From: an uncultured Ignavibacteriaceae bacterium
GTDB taxonomy: Bacteria; Zixibacteria; MSB-5A5; GN15; PGXB01
Assembly (NCBI GenBank): GCA_964507455.1
Contig: CAZDPY010000001.1
Span: 280,855-344,854 of the forward strand
Direction of reading: 5' to 3'
DNA length: 64,000 nucleotides
Both the position numbers and the translations under genes were made by a program. The notes beneath the pieces are model-generated. The model saw only the letters and a program-made list of their open reading frames with translations, ran no database searches and was not told the DNA's origin. Shown piece after piece: positions 29,341 to 39,771 of this stretch. The stretch's first letter is position 1. Every line of letters starts with the position of its first letter.

Positions 29341-30297
29341 TTATACCGATAATTTATCGGTAAGCCATGCTGTCGCAGAATCGGCCAAACCATTATAAAA
29401 GTCATGTTCCAAATCCGGCTTTTGTCCGTGCGTAAGTACACTGACGGCCTCTCTCGCTGTTAAAGATCTGCCGGCGGCCCTGAGTTCATCATGCATATGA
29501 AAAGGATACCAGTATTCCGGAGGAAGAAAAAGAATTTTCTCTCGTCTTATATCTTTAATTACCCCGGCTGTAAATACTGCCTGATGAAGGAAAATCCGAT
29601 GCTGTTCATCCGGGCACAGCCGTTTCTGAAAATCATTATCATCAACTAAATCCGCGAAATTATCCCACCATTTTTCAAGAATTCCGAGGGACGGCTTAAT
29701 GGAATAAGCCTGACAATTTAGGTAAGGTCGAATCTTTTTCATATCGACATATGTTTCCATTGTCCATTTTGGAAATTCCTTAACGCCGACTCTATTGAAC
29801 ACTTCCTGCCAGAAATCATCATAAGGCTCATCTGAGGAACACCCAATATTTTGAATATGTACCGTACGCAGTGAAATATCATGCCCGGGATCCAATGCCA
29901 TTAATTCAAGAGGCCTTAAACAAAGTGCGGAATAGTCAAGCCAAATAACAAGATCGTTATCTGCCTTCGCCATTTTCTCGGCCGCGGCCGCGGAATAAAC
30001 CTTATGAGAATAAACCTTATGAGAATAAAGGTATGAAATAAATGGTTCATCGAGGGAGAAGGGGATAAATTTTACATTTCCTAAATAACTGGCGGGGACA
30101 TTTAACGAATCCGGGTAAAAAATCCAAAAAGGACTGTCTTTAAGCTGACCGCCGAATCGGCCAATGCTTTCTGCCAGCATCAGCGCTATTCCGATTTGTG
30201 TTGTACTGTTGATAGTAGTTGCGAATATCGATCTAATGTTTTGCATATGTAAAACCCTTATTTGTCCCCAAATATAATTTGCATTACTAGAATGCAA
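29341..30297 (-). CDS. hypothetical protein (contains an in-frame 15-bp tandem duplication)
   Basis: 318 aa (Met-18 at 30246 is a possible start). No domain recognised. YSHKVYSHKVYS is encoded by a tandem repeat at 29994-30029. Confidence 0.55.
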   Translation of the reverse strand: MHSSNANYIWGQIRVLHMQNIRSIFATTINSTTQIGIALMLAESIGRFGGQLKDSPFWIFYPDSLNVPASYLGNVKFIPFSLDEPFISYLYSHKVYSHKVYSAAAAEKMAKADNDLVIWLDYSALCLRPLELMALDPGHDISLRTVHIQNIGCSSDEPYDDFWQEVFNRVGVKEFPKWTMETYVDMKKIRPYLNCQAYSIKPSLGILEKWWDNFADLVDDNDFQKRLCPDEQHRIFLHQAVFTAGVIKDIRREKILFLPPEYWYPFHMHDELRAAGRSLTAREAVSVLTHGQKPDLEHDFYNGLADSATAWLTDKLSV

Positions 30298-30315
30298 TAT
30301 ATAAAACTAAAATTA

Positions 30316-30831
30316 TTATGGTACTATTTCTATCGGTGTACCATTGGGGCAGGCGTCCCAAATTTCCTCGATTTCCTCATTCGTTACTGCAATACAGCCC
30401 AGTGTCCAATTGAAAAGATAATGATACTTGCCGAAATCAGGTGAATTATTCGGAAAGCCGTGGACAAATATCTCACCGCCCGGATTTCTGCCGCGACGTT
30501 TTGCTTCCGCTTTGTCGGCGCTGTCCGGATAAGAGATATGCAGGGATAGGTGAAAAGCACTCTCCGGGTTTCGGTAGTCAATAATATATTTCCCCTCGGG
30601 AGTTTTACCGTCGCCCTCTTCCAACTTGTCACCCTCGGGATTAAAACCCAGCGCGATCCGGTATTCCCTTACCACCGTTGTGTCATCATAAAGCCGCAAT
30701 TTCCGCTCACTTTTGATGACTACGATTTTATCCGCCTGAAAATCATCGGGCAAGGCCTTTTCTTCTCCAGTGATCATAACCGGTAAAACCGAGAAAAGTA
30801 ATATTATGGTTATTGAATTGATTCTCCGCAT
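30316..30831 (-). CDS. L,D-transpeptidase (YkuD) family protein
   Basis: 171 aa with a signal peptide. ...LRLYDD..YRIALG..GDGKTPEGKY...FVHG...LGCIAVTNEEIEEIW carries the catalytic His/Cys motif. Confidence 0.85.
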   Translation of the reverse strand: MRRINSITIILLFSVLPVMITGEEKALPDDFQADKIVVIKSERKLRLYDDTTVVREYRIALGFNPEGDKLEEGDGKTPEGKYIIDYRNPESAFHLSLHISYPDSADKAEAKRRGRNPGGEIFVHGFPNNSPDFGKYHYLFNWTLGCIAVTNEEIEEIWDACPNGTPIEIVP

Positions 30832-31096
30832 GATATAAAGACGAATTCTGTCACAACTTTATTCAACTAAAGGACGGTTTTTGGTCCGAAAACTAACTTT
30901 TGGCAGTTATCATACATAATCATAAGGCCTTCAACTGATTTCCATTAGTGATTTGCCGCCACGTTCTGTGCAACCCTATGTTAATAAATTGCTTGCATTG
31001 CCGAGTGATTTCCCTATATTTAATTTACAGTTATAATCCCGGTCATTTCAACTATTTAGCTTTGGACATCAAAAAACCTTTTCTGCGGAGTAAGCT

Positions 31097-33430
31097 ATGT
31101 TGTATTCCAGAACAACAAAGAGCACGCCGTGGTTGCTCTTTGCAGCCGCTGTTATTGCATTTTTATCTTTATCGTCAACAGTGTCCGCTCAGGATACACT
31201 GCTCATCAACTACCAGGGTCGATTGACCGATAATTCCGGCAGTCCGCTTACCGGTAATTATGATCTGACATTCGGCATCTACGCCATGCCGGTCGGGCCA
31301 TCCCAGTTATGGAGCGAAACTCATAGTGATGTTCCGGTGACGGACGGTCTCTTTACGGTCATTTTGGGGTCATCGAACACCCTCCCCGATACCGTATTTG
31401 GAGGCACCGACCGTTATCTCGGCATAGCAGTCGGTACCGATCCCGAAATTTCCCCACGCAGTCTGATGACCTCGGTCCCCAGCGCCGCCTATGCAAAAAA
31501 GGTCACCGGGGATATAGCCACCAGCGATGGTATGCTCGTTATGAAAGATATTTCCGGCGATTCTACTATCGTTATGAATTCGGGTCTGGCTGATAATGTC
31601 GCACGAATATACCTAATAGAACCTGGCGATGATAATGCCAAAAAGCTCGAATTCCTTGCAGATAATCAAGGGGCATTAGTGACCCTATTCGGCACTCCCA
31701 ATGATTCAGCGATTGTATTGCGTTCAGATATTATATCTGACCTTGCAAGTATGTATCTGATTGAGCCGGGTAATGATAATGTCCATAAATTAGAGCTCAA
31801 TACTGGTAGTGATGGCTCATCCATTAATATGTATAGCTCCGAAGTATCCAATTATGGTGATAAGATCTTTGAATTAAGCAATACGCCATCAGGTATATCA
31901 AACATCAAAATGTTCAATCCCCAGCCCGAACCTCCGGCAGTGCAATTTGAAATTAATGCATCATCCACAGATGGTGCAGGAATCAATATATACGATGATA
32001 TCGGGCAGGTAATGGGATTTGGGCCATCGCCATTTAATGAGGCATATAGTATTTATCTAGTGGATCCCGATGATAATGAAAAGCAGATTGAAATGATAGC
32101 TAATCATATTACAGATGTAGCAAGTATAAAACTTATAGAACCGGGTGATGATGGCGTGACACCGGCCATCGAAATGACATCTGGTCCACTGGGAAGCTAT
32201 TTTAATATAAATGGATATGATCAAACCTATTCAATGTCCCATAATGCATTTTCTGTCGATGTTGACAACATTGATCTGGTTACCAATGTCAAGATGATAG
32301 AACCGGGCAATGATGTTACTCCTGGATTCCATTTTACTGCTGATGGTATGTCCAATTTAGCATCATTGAGGTTATTAGATCCGGCCAATAATGATAATTC
32401 GCTTATTGAGGTAAATGGTGGGACTTTAGCCGGCAGCATCAAAATGTTCAATCCCCAACCCGAACCTCCGGCGGTGCAATTTGAAATTAATGCATCATCC
32501 ACAGAGGGTGCCGGCATCAATATATATGATGATTTCGGCCAGGTAATGGGGGTTGAACCCAGTCCATTTAACGGCGGTTACGCCATTAAACTTATTGATC
32601 CGGGAGATGATGGCGAATTAGTTGGTCTGTCAAGCTCTTATTCAGGTAAAGGGGGGAGCGGAAAAGTATCGGTATACGATAATGTCTCTATGCTCGAATC
32701 CCATCTTGAGCCGGCCGCTCTCACACTACAGTACAATCCTGTCGGAGCAAGTGGCCCGCCGATAAAACTGACCGCCACGGATGCGAATGCATATGCGGGC
32801 ATAGGCGTAAGCAATCCCAGCGAACCGCTAGTGGTTGGCAAAGATCTCGGGGCGTGGGCAGGGAATAGAATAGTTGTCGGTGATGATACTCCGGGGTCTT
32901 ACACCGGGCTGGTTATAGGCGAGGATCATACCACTCGCGCCCATTTTACATGGAATATAAATGACAATTTCATGGGTATAGGTATTGAAGAAGGAGGAAC
33001 TCATTATAGTAATATGATATGCTTGCGCGGCGGGAATGTCGGTATCAATACGAATACACCTTCAACCGATCTGTATGTTTCGGGTAATATCTGCTATACC
33101 GGTTCGATAGGTGCCTGTTCAGATATTCGTTACAAGCGTAATATCCATACTCTTGGGAAGGCGCTTGAAAAAGTGTCTAAACTCCGCGGCATCTCATTTG
33201 AATGGCGGCAGGATGAATATCCCGAACAAAAATTTTCATCCGCAGAGCAGATCGGGTTGATTGCCCAGGAGGTCAGGGATGTTGTTCCGGAGATTGTTTC
33301 CGAGACCGATGACGGCTATTACAATGTCGATTATACTAAACTGACACCACTTCTGATAGAGGCCATAAAAGAACTCAAAGCCGAAAATGAAGAGCTTCGT
33401 TCAAGACTGGACAGGCTTGAAAGTAGATAA
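31097..33430 (+). CDS. secreted repeat protein with C-terminal peptidase-S74 intramolecular chaperone (tail-fibre-like) domain
   Basis: 777 aa with a signal peptide. The C-terminal 103 aa, SDIRYKRNIHTL...GISFEWR...IGLIAQEV..VVPE..VDYTKLTPLLIEAIKELKAENEEL, form the endosialidase-chaperone domain. The predicted autocleavage Ser codon is at 33119-33121. Confidence 0.85.
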   Translation: MLYSRTTKSTPWLLFAAAVIAFLSLSSTVSAQDTLLINYQGRLTDNSGSPLTGNYDLTFGIYAMPVGPSQLWSETHSDVPVTDGLFTVILGSSNTLPDTVFGGTDRYLGIAVGTDPEISPRSLMTSVPSAAYAKKVTGDIATSDGMLVMKDISGDSTIVMNSGLADNVARIYLIEPGDDNAKKLEFLADNQGALVTLFGTPNDSAIVLRSDIISDLASMYLIEPGNDNVHKLELNTGSDGSSINMYSSEVSNYGDKIFELSNTPSGISNIKMFNPQPEPPAVQFEINASSTDGAGINIYDDIGQVMGFGPSPFNEAYSIYLVDPDDNEKQIEMIANHITDVASIKLIEPGDDGVTPAIEMTSGPLGSYFNINGYDQTYSMSHNAFSVDVDNIDLVTNVKMIEPGNDVTPGFHFTADGMSNLASLRLLDPANNDNSLIEVNGGTLAGSIKMFNPQPEPPAVQFEINASSTEGAGINIYDDFGQVMGVEPSPFNGGYAIKLIDPGDDGELVGLSSSYSGKGGSGKVSVYDNVSMLESHLEPAALTLQYNPVGASGPPIKLTATDANAYAGIGVSNPSEPLVVGKDLGAWAGNRIVVGDDTPGSYTGLVIGEDHTTRAHFTWNINDNFMGIGIEEGGTHYSNMICLRGGNVGINTNTPSTDLYVSGNICYTGSIGACSDIRYKRNIHTLGKALEKVSKLRGISFEWRQDEYPEQKFSSAEQIGLIAQEVRDVVPEIVSETDDGYYNVDYTKLTPLLIEAIKELKAENEELRSRLDRLESR
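31904..32016 (+). repeat. intragenic ~113-bp repeat, copy A (copy B at 32438-32550)
   Basis: Both copies encode IKMFNPQPEPPAVQFEINASST(D/E)GAGINIYDD(I/F)GQVMG. They are near-identical at the DNA level and 534 bp apart. Confidence 0.9.
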
Positions 33431-33439
33431 ATAACTTAC

Positions 33440-33477
33440 GCCTGTCCGCACGTAGCAGCGGGCAGGCTTCTTTATTT
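33440..33477 (+). terminator. rho-independent terminator of the S74-domain gene
   Basis: GCCTGTCCGC-ACGTAGCA-GCGGGCAGGC, 10 bp with one G-U on the plus-strand RNA, followed by TTCTTTATTT. Confidence 0.75.
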
Positions 33478-33888
33478 CAGCCACTGCTTATACAGACTAA
33501 AATCAACCCGGGTCGCTTCTTTGGAGGCCCTTTCCTGCAGGGAAGAGTTTGATGACGATTGTATTTCATATCTCGGCAGAATACTGACTTGCTCTGTACT
33601 TATTTGAGCGGCCAGCCCGAATCCGGTAACGGCACCGAATATAACAAGTGCCGCGGCCTTAAGCAGGGCCGGAACGATTGATTTGCGCTTATTTGACGAT
33701 TGTACCGGAAAGGGTGTTACATCCGGTCTGATAGATCCGATAATTGCCAACTCATCCCTGATTTTTTCAAGGGCGTCTCTGCACTGCTGACATTCCGCCA
33801 GATGAGCTTCAATCGTCTTTCGATCTTCATCATCCGGCCTGGTTTCCAGGGCATATTCCAGAAGTCTATCTTCTTCAATATGTTTCAT
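33472..33888 (-). CDS. anti-sigma factor (zf-HC2, single TM)
   Basis: 138 aa. HLAECQQCRDAL and one TM helix. 1-nt overlap with the ECF sigma gene. Confidence 0.8.
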   Translation of the reverse strand: MKHIEEDRLLEYALETRPDDEDRKTIEAHLAECQQCRDALEKIRDELAIIGSIRPDVTPFPVQSSNKRKSIVPALLKAAALVIFGAVTGFGLAAQISTEQVSILPRYEIQSSSNSSLQERASKEATRVDFSLYKQWLK

Positions 33889-34421
33889 TATATAAGTCCT
33901 TTCTCACGCATATTTTCACGGCACGATTTTACGGCATAAAATACGCGAGACCGTGCCGTACCGATCGGTATTTTTAACATGTCGGCGATTGCCTCATAGG
34001 GCAATTCCGCATAAAATTTCAGCACCAAAACTTCACGATGTTCATCGCTCAGACCTCTTATACTCTCGGCCAGAATTTTTTCCCGTTCGTTTTTTATTAT
34101 GCTTTCAAGAGGCATATTACCGTTATCATGCGGTTCAAATTCGCCTGCCGCTTCATTGCGTTCCCTGCGTTTATTTTCTTTTAAAGCCAGACGATAAGCA
34201 ATCGTACCCAAAAAACCCTTGACTGTACCGTTGGAGTTTCTGATTCCGGCGTTCATTGCCCTGAAAAGTGTCTCTTCGGCAATATCTTCCGCTTCGGCTG
34301 TTGAGCCCGTTATCAGATATGCAAGTGCTTTCATACGGGGTTGGTATAGGCGCCATAACTTTTCCCAGGAATTTCTATCGCCGTCTCTGGCCCTGTATAA
34401 TGTCTCCCAGTCAGTTTTCAC
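33888..34421 (-). CDS. ECF (sigma-70 family) RNA polymerase sigma factor
   Basis: 177 aa. Region 2 (..AEDIAEETLFRA) and region 4 (LSDEHREVLVLKFYAELPYEAIADMLKIPIGTARSRVFYA). Confidence 0.9.
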   Translation of the reverse strand: MKTDWETLYRARDGDRNSWEKLWRLYQPRMKALAYLITGSTAEAEDIAEETLFRAMNAGIRNSNGTVKGFLGTIAYRLALKENKRRERNEAAGEFEPHDNGNMPLESIIKNEREKILAESIRGLSDEHREVLVLKFYAELPYEAIADMLKIPIGTARSRVFYAVKSCRENMREKGLI

Positions 34422-35695
34422 TCACCAATACCCTGCCTTTTGCACCAATCTTTTATTTTCTTACTATCTGTCATCTTGCACCATTCATGAGCAATCTGTC
34501 CTCGTAATCGATCGGAAATCACCGGTTCGACATTTTCAACATACCAGTCGAATAATCGTGGCAGAAGATTCGGCGAAGTCTCTTTGATTTTTGCCAGATT
34601 TCTTGCAATACCTTTCGCATAGTTGGTAGCCAGCATCCGCCCGGCATCGTGCTCACCTGAGTGTCTAAGTCTCCAGCTTTGAAGTCCGGCGACACGGAAA
34701 TTGTCAAGCCAGATATTATATGACTTATCTATAAGCTCTGGATATGCTTTTTTATTCGGCGTTACAACTGTTACCAGCCCGAGATTTTTTCCGGATGTCC
34801 TTAGTCTTTCGATTATATCACTCGGCCCGACAGTGGCCGCAATATATACCGGCCTTTCGGCCCTCTCGCTCGACTCGACAATCAAATTAATCAATGTATC
34901 TGCAAAGATACCCGGCCCGGGAGTTACTTTGCCTTTGCCCACCTGCGTCAGGATATGATCCCGCAAGCTGTCAAGCTGGCCCTTTTCAATAAATCTGGGC
35001 AGTCCCTGTTCGATGACATACAATGGATACCATTCACTGTTTAAGAGACTTCGATTTACGACAGAAACATCGGGCCTGTATTTTAAGATACGGGTAAGTA
35101 CCCAGCCTGGAAAGGTATCGTTGTCTCCATTCGTAATAAGAATCGCATTCGGTTCAAGGAGACTGATCATATTGTAGTTATAATCGAGGACTTCATCGTT
35201 TATGCTGCCGCTTTCCAGAATTTTCCGAAGCGCCATGTCAAGCCGTTCAGGATCGCGGGCATCCATATAATGGACAACCAGCATAAACCACGGGTCCATA
35301 TAGTCAGGATCAATCGCCACCGATCTCTCCAGTCTTGCACGAGATTCAAGATCATTATGCGCTCCGGCTTTTGTAGCGGCCTTAAGGTAGAGCAGGACCG
35401 GATTGGCCTCATACTTTTCGAGACCTTTATCCAGTAACTCCACGAAATTAGTATCACCGGCGTAATCAGCCGCCCGCATCCAGTTGGCGTAGGCATACTC
35501 GGACGGATAATAATTGTAATATTCCTGCCATTGTTCGGCCAGTTTCGCGTAAGTTTCCTGGTCGTAGGCGACTATCCGACGGCTTTTAATCTCCTCCGGC
35601 CTGATGATATCCTTCGATGATGACCCGGAGCAGGCGATACTGAGTATTACAAGAATCGCCATTGCGAATAACAGAAAGTGAGAGGCTTTTTTCAT
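34418..35695 (-). CDS. lipoprotein of unknown function, co-transcribed with ECF/anti-sigma
   Basis: 425 aa with lipobox LSIACSGSS. 4-nt overlap with the sigma factor start. Confidence 0.65.
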   Translation of the reverse strand: MKKASHFLLFAMAILVILSIACSGSSSKDIIRPEEIKSRRIVAYDQETYAKLAEQWQEYYNYYPSEYAYANWMRAADYAGDTNFVELLDKGLEKYEANPVLLYLKAATKAGAHNDLESRARLERSVAIDPDYMDPWFMLVVHYMDARDPERLDMALRKILESGSINDEVLDYNYNMISLLEPNAILITNGDNDTFPGWVLTRILKYRPDVSVVNRSLLNSEWYPLYVIEQGLPRFIEKGQLDSLRDHILTQVGKGKVTPGPGIFADTLINLIVESSERAERPVYIAATVGPSDIIERLRTSGKNLGLVTVVTPNKKAYPELIDKSYNIWLDNFRVAGLQSWRLRHSGEHDAGRMLATNYAKGIARNLAKIKETSPNLLPRLFDWYVENVEPVISDRLRGQIAHEWCKMTDSKKIKDWCKRQGIGE

Positions 35696-35867
35696 TGGAA
35701 AATCTCCTTTTAAAGGATAATCCCGAATGGCCCGAAACGTTCAAAATTTTTTGTGAAATTTTTAATTTGAGAAATGTTCTTATTTCAACAGATAAACATG
35801 CACAGGAGATTGATACAAATCTTCCGATAATCTCTTACTTAATGAAACACTCGCTTTTTGACTATAG

Positions 35868-37265
35868 TTATTTTCCGGGATTGTACCTCACGGAAATTCG
35901 ACTCGGCTTACCCGCAATACCGGCTGAGTTCACCGCCCTGGCATCTATAATATTTGTGCCATTTTTTAGCACCCATTGCAGTGTATCCGAGGTCTCTTCC
36001 CATTCTTTCTCATCGATTCTTACAAGAAAGCGGTCGAAATAAGGCATCGTATGAGAAAGAATGACAGTGAAAGTATCCAGAGATTCCGGGCGTTCGTTCC
36101 GTAAAGTTATCTTGGTCCGGTTAAGACGGGGGTAGGCTCTGTCATATTGATCTGTCACCGTAAGATTATGAATTCTGCCTTGATACATTAATCGAGGAGT
36201 AATTGTATCTGAAATGAGGAACAAGTTTTGGCCCATCCAGTAGTTATTTACACGATAAAAATAAGCACTCCATACAGGCTTTGTCTGCGCATAATCGGCT
36301 TGTTTATGCTGCCCGACGAAATTCAATTCATCTTCGCGGCCGTCTATAAATAGGCGGTGACATTCATGCGCACTCAATGGCATGCCATCATGTTCCCACC
36401 AGGCATTGTTCTGCACATCGAAAAATATCCACTTTTGAAATTGATTGCTCCAGACTTCGACACATCCGTGCCCGCCGCCCATATTGTAAGCCGCATCTTC
36501 TGTCCTGAGGCCGACAAAACGTATCGGATATCCAAGTGCACGCATGCAGTCGATAAGAACATCGGCATAATTGGCGCAGCAGAACCTTTTGCCTTTTTCT
36601 ACTTCTCTCAAGATCGCAAGAGCCGATCGTTCCGGTGCCATTTTGCTCCCGTCATGTACCCACCTGGTAGCCACCCAGTTGAGAAGTTTCTTCATTTTTT
36701 CGAATTCTGTTCCGTCACTTCCGACAACATCATGTAAATGATACCGTTCGCGCAGAGTATCCATCTCCGGACTGTTTATATCCTCCCATCCATAATCTGA
36801 TATTACCAGCGGCCCGTCATAATTATCGTACTCTATAATGGCGAGAGGTGTTTTTCTTAATATTTCCTCCGATTTTGCGCTTTTTGCCCGTCGCAGAATC
36901 TTTTCAAATTCTTTGCCATAATTTTCTTTCAGGAAATTGAAATCGGAATCCTCTTTCATCCACTGATAATCGGTGTATCCGGCTTCAATTGTACTGTCGA
37001 GATACTCAAATGCTTTCCTGGGCTCGCCGAGCAGGGAATAGCAACAACTGACATTATAGTATATGCTGCCTTTATATTCACCTGCTTCGGGGTGCGATGC
37101 AGTTTGTAAGTAGGCGTCTATTGCCTCTCGGTATTCTTGATTCTTATAGGCCTGATTGCCTTCATTGTAGAGACTGTCGATTTTTCTGGCAGTAGTATCT
37201 CCCTGGGCGAATGCGATGCCGTAGATGAAAAATAGACCTACCATACAGAGAATATATTTTTTCAT
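35868..37265 (-). CDS. TPR plus transglutaminase-like cysteine protease domain protein
   Basis: I prefer the Met at 37265 (MKKYILCMVGLFFIYGIAFAQ is a signal peptide). The track start is 37298. CCANYADVL..GHGCVEVW..FDVQN gives the Cys-His-Asp order of the transglutaminase core. Confidence 0.75.
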   Translation of the reverse strand: MKKYILCMVGLFFIYGIAFAQGDTTARKIDSLYNEGNQAYKNQEYREAIDAYLQTASHPEAGEYKGSIYYNVSCCYSLLGEPRKAFEYLDSTIEAGYTDYQWMKEDSDFNFLKENYGKEFEKILRRAKSAKSEEILRKTPLAIIEYDNYDGPLVISDYGWEDINSPEMDTLRERYHLHDVVGSDGTEFEKMKKLLNWVATRWVHDGSKMAPERSALAILREVEKGKRFCCANYADVLIDCMRALGYPIRFVGLRTEDAAYNMGGGHGCVEVWSNQFQKWIFFDVQNNAWWEHDGMPLSAHECHRLFIDGREDELNFVGQHKQADYAQTKPVWSAYFYRVNNYWMGQNLFLISDTITPRLMYQGRIHNLTVTDQYDRAYPRLNRTKITLRNERPESLDTFTVILSHTMPYFDRFLVRIDEKEWEETSDTLQWVLKNGTNIIDARAVNSAGIAGKPSRISVRYNPGK

Positions 37266-37685
37266 GATATAAATCCTTTGATTCACTTGCCGATTCATTA
37301 TGGCGAGGCAATTTATAGCAGCTTTGCCATTTTGTCCCGCTGTGCTGGTGCAGGGTCCATCTTTTTAAATCATTATTCGAATTTATATTTTTGACGGGGA
37401 ACCGCGTTCAAGTCGGGCCAGCCGCTCTTTCGCGTCTTCCACCGACTGCAATTCTTCATCGGAATTTCCCCAATAATCGAGGAATTTCCTTTTATCGAGT
37501 TGAAACAGATTGGTCGATCAGATTCTAAATTTAAAGAAAACAATTTTTTCCATTTATGCAACAAAAATTAGACAGGCAGCAATATGTAAGTTTTATCGAG
37601 TATTTTGAATTTTTTGCTTTAGATTATTATATAGTATTCGGTATGATTGGCGCGAAGATCTTCTTAGTTTATGAGAGGTTAGTTT

Positions 37686-38492
37686 TTGAAGGAAAATATT
37701 AGACACAGATTTTTTGATAAGTCAGAGAAGGAGCAGAGGAAGATTCAAATTGCGATCGGGGCCGCAGCTTTGGCGGTTATAATTCTATTTACTATTCTAT
37801 CGCTCATTTTGAAACTTTACTCTCTGCCTTTTGTATTTATGGTCATCATTATTTCAATTGTCGCTCCGTTTTTTGACGTCCCTTCTTTGATGAAACCCGG
37901 ACGGGACTTTCTTGTCAATCTGACAGCCAATGTCGGAGATAGAAGAAATTCTGAGAATTACTCGGTAGTTGGATACGATGCCGAACACAGCGACAAAACC
38001 AGAGCACTTCTAAAAGACTCTCCTGACCTTTCCACAAACGTTTATGTTAGTGGCATGTTCGCATATATTACATCGATTGGCGTGTTTGGTGTATCGTTCG
38101 GTTATCACCCCACAACTATTGAATATAATCAGGGTGGACTGGATAATGAGGTCGGGCACGGATTCATATACTCGATGCTCTATGTTATCCAACTACCAGT
38201 TACAGATCGCATCTCAATCCTCGGTATGTCCAATCTTGAGTTTATGACCGGTGAATATGCTGATACATGGTATTCAGTTGAAACGGAAACTGATGCGCTT
38301 CAAATATTCGACGCAGATCCGGGCTTAAGAGATATACAGATTGCCTTTCAATTGGGCTACCGTCTTTCAAATCGTATGAGCATTTCTCTGGATTACATGG
38401 GGACAATTCTCTTAGGCGACGCAAAGGAGAGCCCATATACCGTTGATCAGCTCCATCAGACGATAGGTATTCAGACATCCTATGGCTTTTAG
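37686..38492 (+). CDS. hypothetical membrane / beta-barrel-like protein
   Basis: 268 aa, TTG start. Two N-terminal hydrophobic helices and a beta-rich C-terminal half ending ..GIQTSYGF. Confidence 0.45.
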   Translation: MKENIRHRFFDKSEKEQRKIQIAIGAAALAVIILFTILSLILKLYSLPFVFMVIIISIVAPFFDVPSLMKPGRDFLVNLTANVGDRRNSENYSVVGYDAEHSDKTRALLKDSPDLSTNVYVSGMFAYITSIGVFGVSFGYHPTTIEYNQGGLDNEVGHGFIYSMLYVIQLPVTDRISILGMSNLEFMTGEYADTWYSVETETDALQIFDADPGLRDIQIAFQLGYRLSNRMSISLDYMGTILLGDAKESPYTVDQLHQTIGIQTSYGF

Positions 38493-38523
38493 AATTGTAC
38501 AGTTTGGAAATAAATGAGTAAGG

Positions 38524-39741
38524 ATGATTGAGATGAAGTCCTGTTGCCAAACCAAATTGCTGTCGCTCAGCACACTCAGCTTCATATTTCTAATGGTTTT
38601 CTACAATTCCGTCTTTTCAAACGGTCTAGACTTAAATACGAAATTTCAGGCTGAGCTCGAAGCCCTTCATGCTCAATATCGTTTTCCGGGAGCAACGGCC
38701 GCCTTCATTTTGCCTGACGGTACCGTCGATGTGTTTGCAGTCGGACTGGCCGATGTCGAATTAGGAATTCCAATGGTTCCGGAATCACGTATGCTGGCTG
38801 CCAGTATTGGTAAGACGTTTGTGGGGGCAACCGTGGCTGCACTAGCTGAAGAGGGACTACTGTCGCTCGACGATCCCGTGTCGAAGTGGCTCGGTGACCG
38901 AGCATGGTTTGGGCGTCTTCCCAATCATGAATTCATAACGCTTCGGCAACTCTTGAACCATACCTCCGGCATTCCCAATCACGTGGAAGGCGAGCAATTC
39001 GCACTCGCATTCAGCAAAAGGTGGCAACTCATTGACAATCCGTTTTCGGAGGAAGAGCTGATTGGCTTTGTACTGGATCAGCCGCCCCTCTTTGCGGCTG
39101 GCGAAGACTGGTATTATAGCGATACAGGATATCTCCTGCTGGGACTGGTTATCGAAAAAGTCACCGGGCACCGCTGGTATGGTGAAGTAGTTCGACGCTT
39201 TCTCGAACCTTTGAATCTCTCTCGGACAAAGCCCTCCGACCGGGTGGACCTGCCTGGCCTTGCCGCAGGATACATGGCGGAAGAAAACCCTTTTGGCCTA
39301 CCGCCGAAAACAACCTCAGCGCCCGGCCGCATGGTTTGGAACCCCAGAATTGAGTGGTCCGGCGGCGGGTTTGTCAGCAATTCGAAAGACCTGGCAGTAT
39401 GGGGCAAGATACTTTATGAAGGACGGGCAATGGAGGGTGACTATCTTGACGATCTCCTTACCTCCGTGTCCGTCGCTGATACCGATCCCAGCACGAGCTA
39501 CGGACTAGCGGTGGCTGTTCACACCGGCGGACCTTTCGGACCGACATACGGTCACGGAGGATGGATTCCGGGATACACTTCGAGCCTGCGCTACTATCCC
39601 GAGTATCATATCTGCATAGCTTTTCAGATCAACACTGATATCGGAATAGTCGATCATTCCGAGCCAGTAGTTGAGGACATGGAGAGGCGTCTTGCAGAGA
39701 TAGTTGTCGCTGCGGCCAGGCAAGACAAGTCTGGTGACTAG
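38524..39741 (+). CDS. serine hydrolase, beta-lactamase (class C/PBP4*-like) fold
   Basis: 405 aa with a signal peptide. SxxK motif SIGKTF, YSD (Tyr motif), HGGWIPG (KTG-equivalent). Confidence 0.85.
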   Translation: MIEMKSCCQTKLLSLSTLSFIFLMVFYNSVFSNGLDLNTKFQAELEALHAQYRFPGATAAFILPDGTVDVFAVGLADVELGIPMVPESRMLAASIGKTFVGATVAALAEEGLLSLDDPVSKWLGDRAWFGRLPNHEFITLRQLLNHTSGIPNHVEGEQFALAFSKRWQLIDNPFSEEELIGFVLDQPPLFAAGEDWYYSDTGYLLLGLVIEKVTGHRWYGEVVRRFLEPLNLSRTKPSDRVDLPGLAAGYMAEENPFGLPPKTTSAPGRMVWNPRIEWSGGGFVSNSKDLAVWGKILYEGRAMEGDYLDDLLTSVSVADTDPSTSYGLAVAVHTGGPFGPTYGHGGWIPGYTSSLRYYPEYHICIAFQINTDIGIVDHSEPVVEDMERRLAEIVVAAARQDKSGD

Positions 39742-39771
39742 ACTTAGAACAATCTGTAGGAGGATACCTTA

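Noticed and set aside
37373-37564. A small ORF in the 37.3-37.7 kb gap. Another frame reads ..LDKRKFLDYWGNSDEELQSVEDAKERLARLERGSPSKI and looks protein-like.
   Set aside because: The protein-like frame has no ATG and no convincing RBS, and the track ORF itself looks unprotein-like. It may be a gene remnant, but the evidence is insufficient to annotate it.
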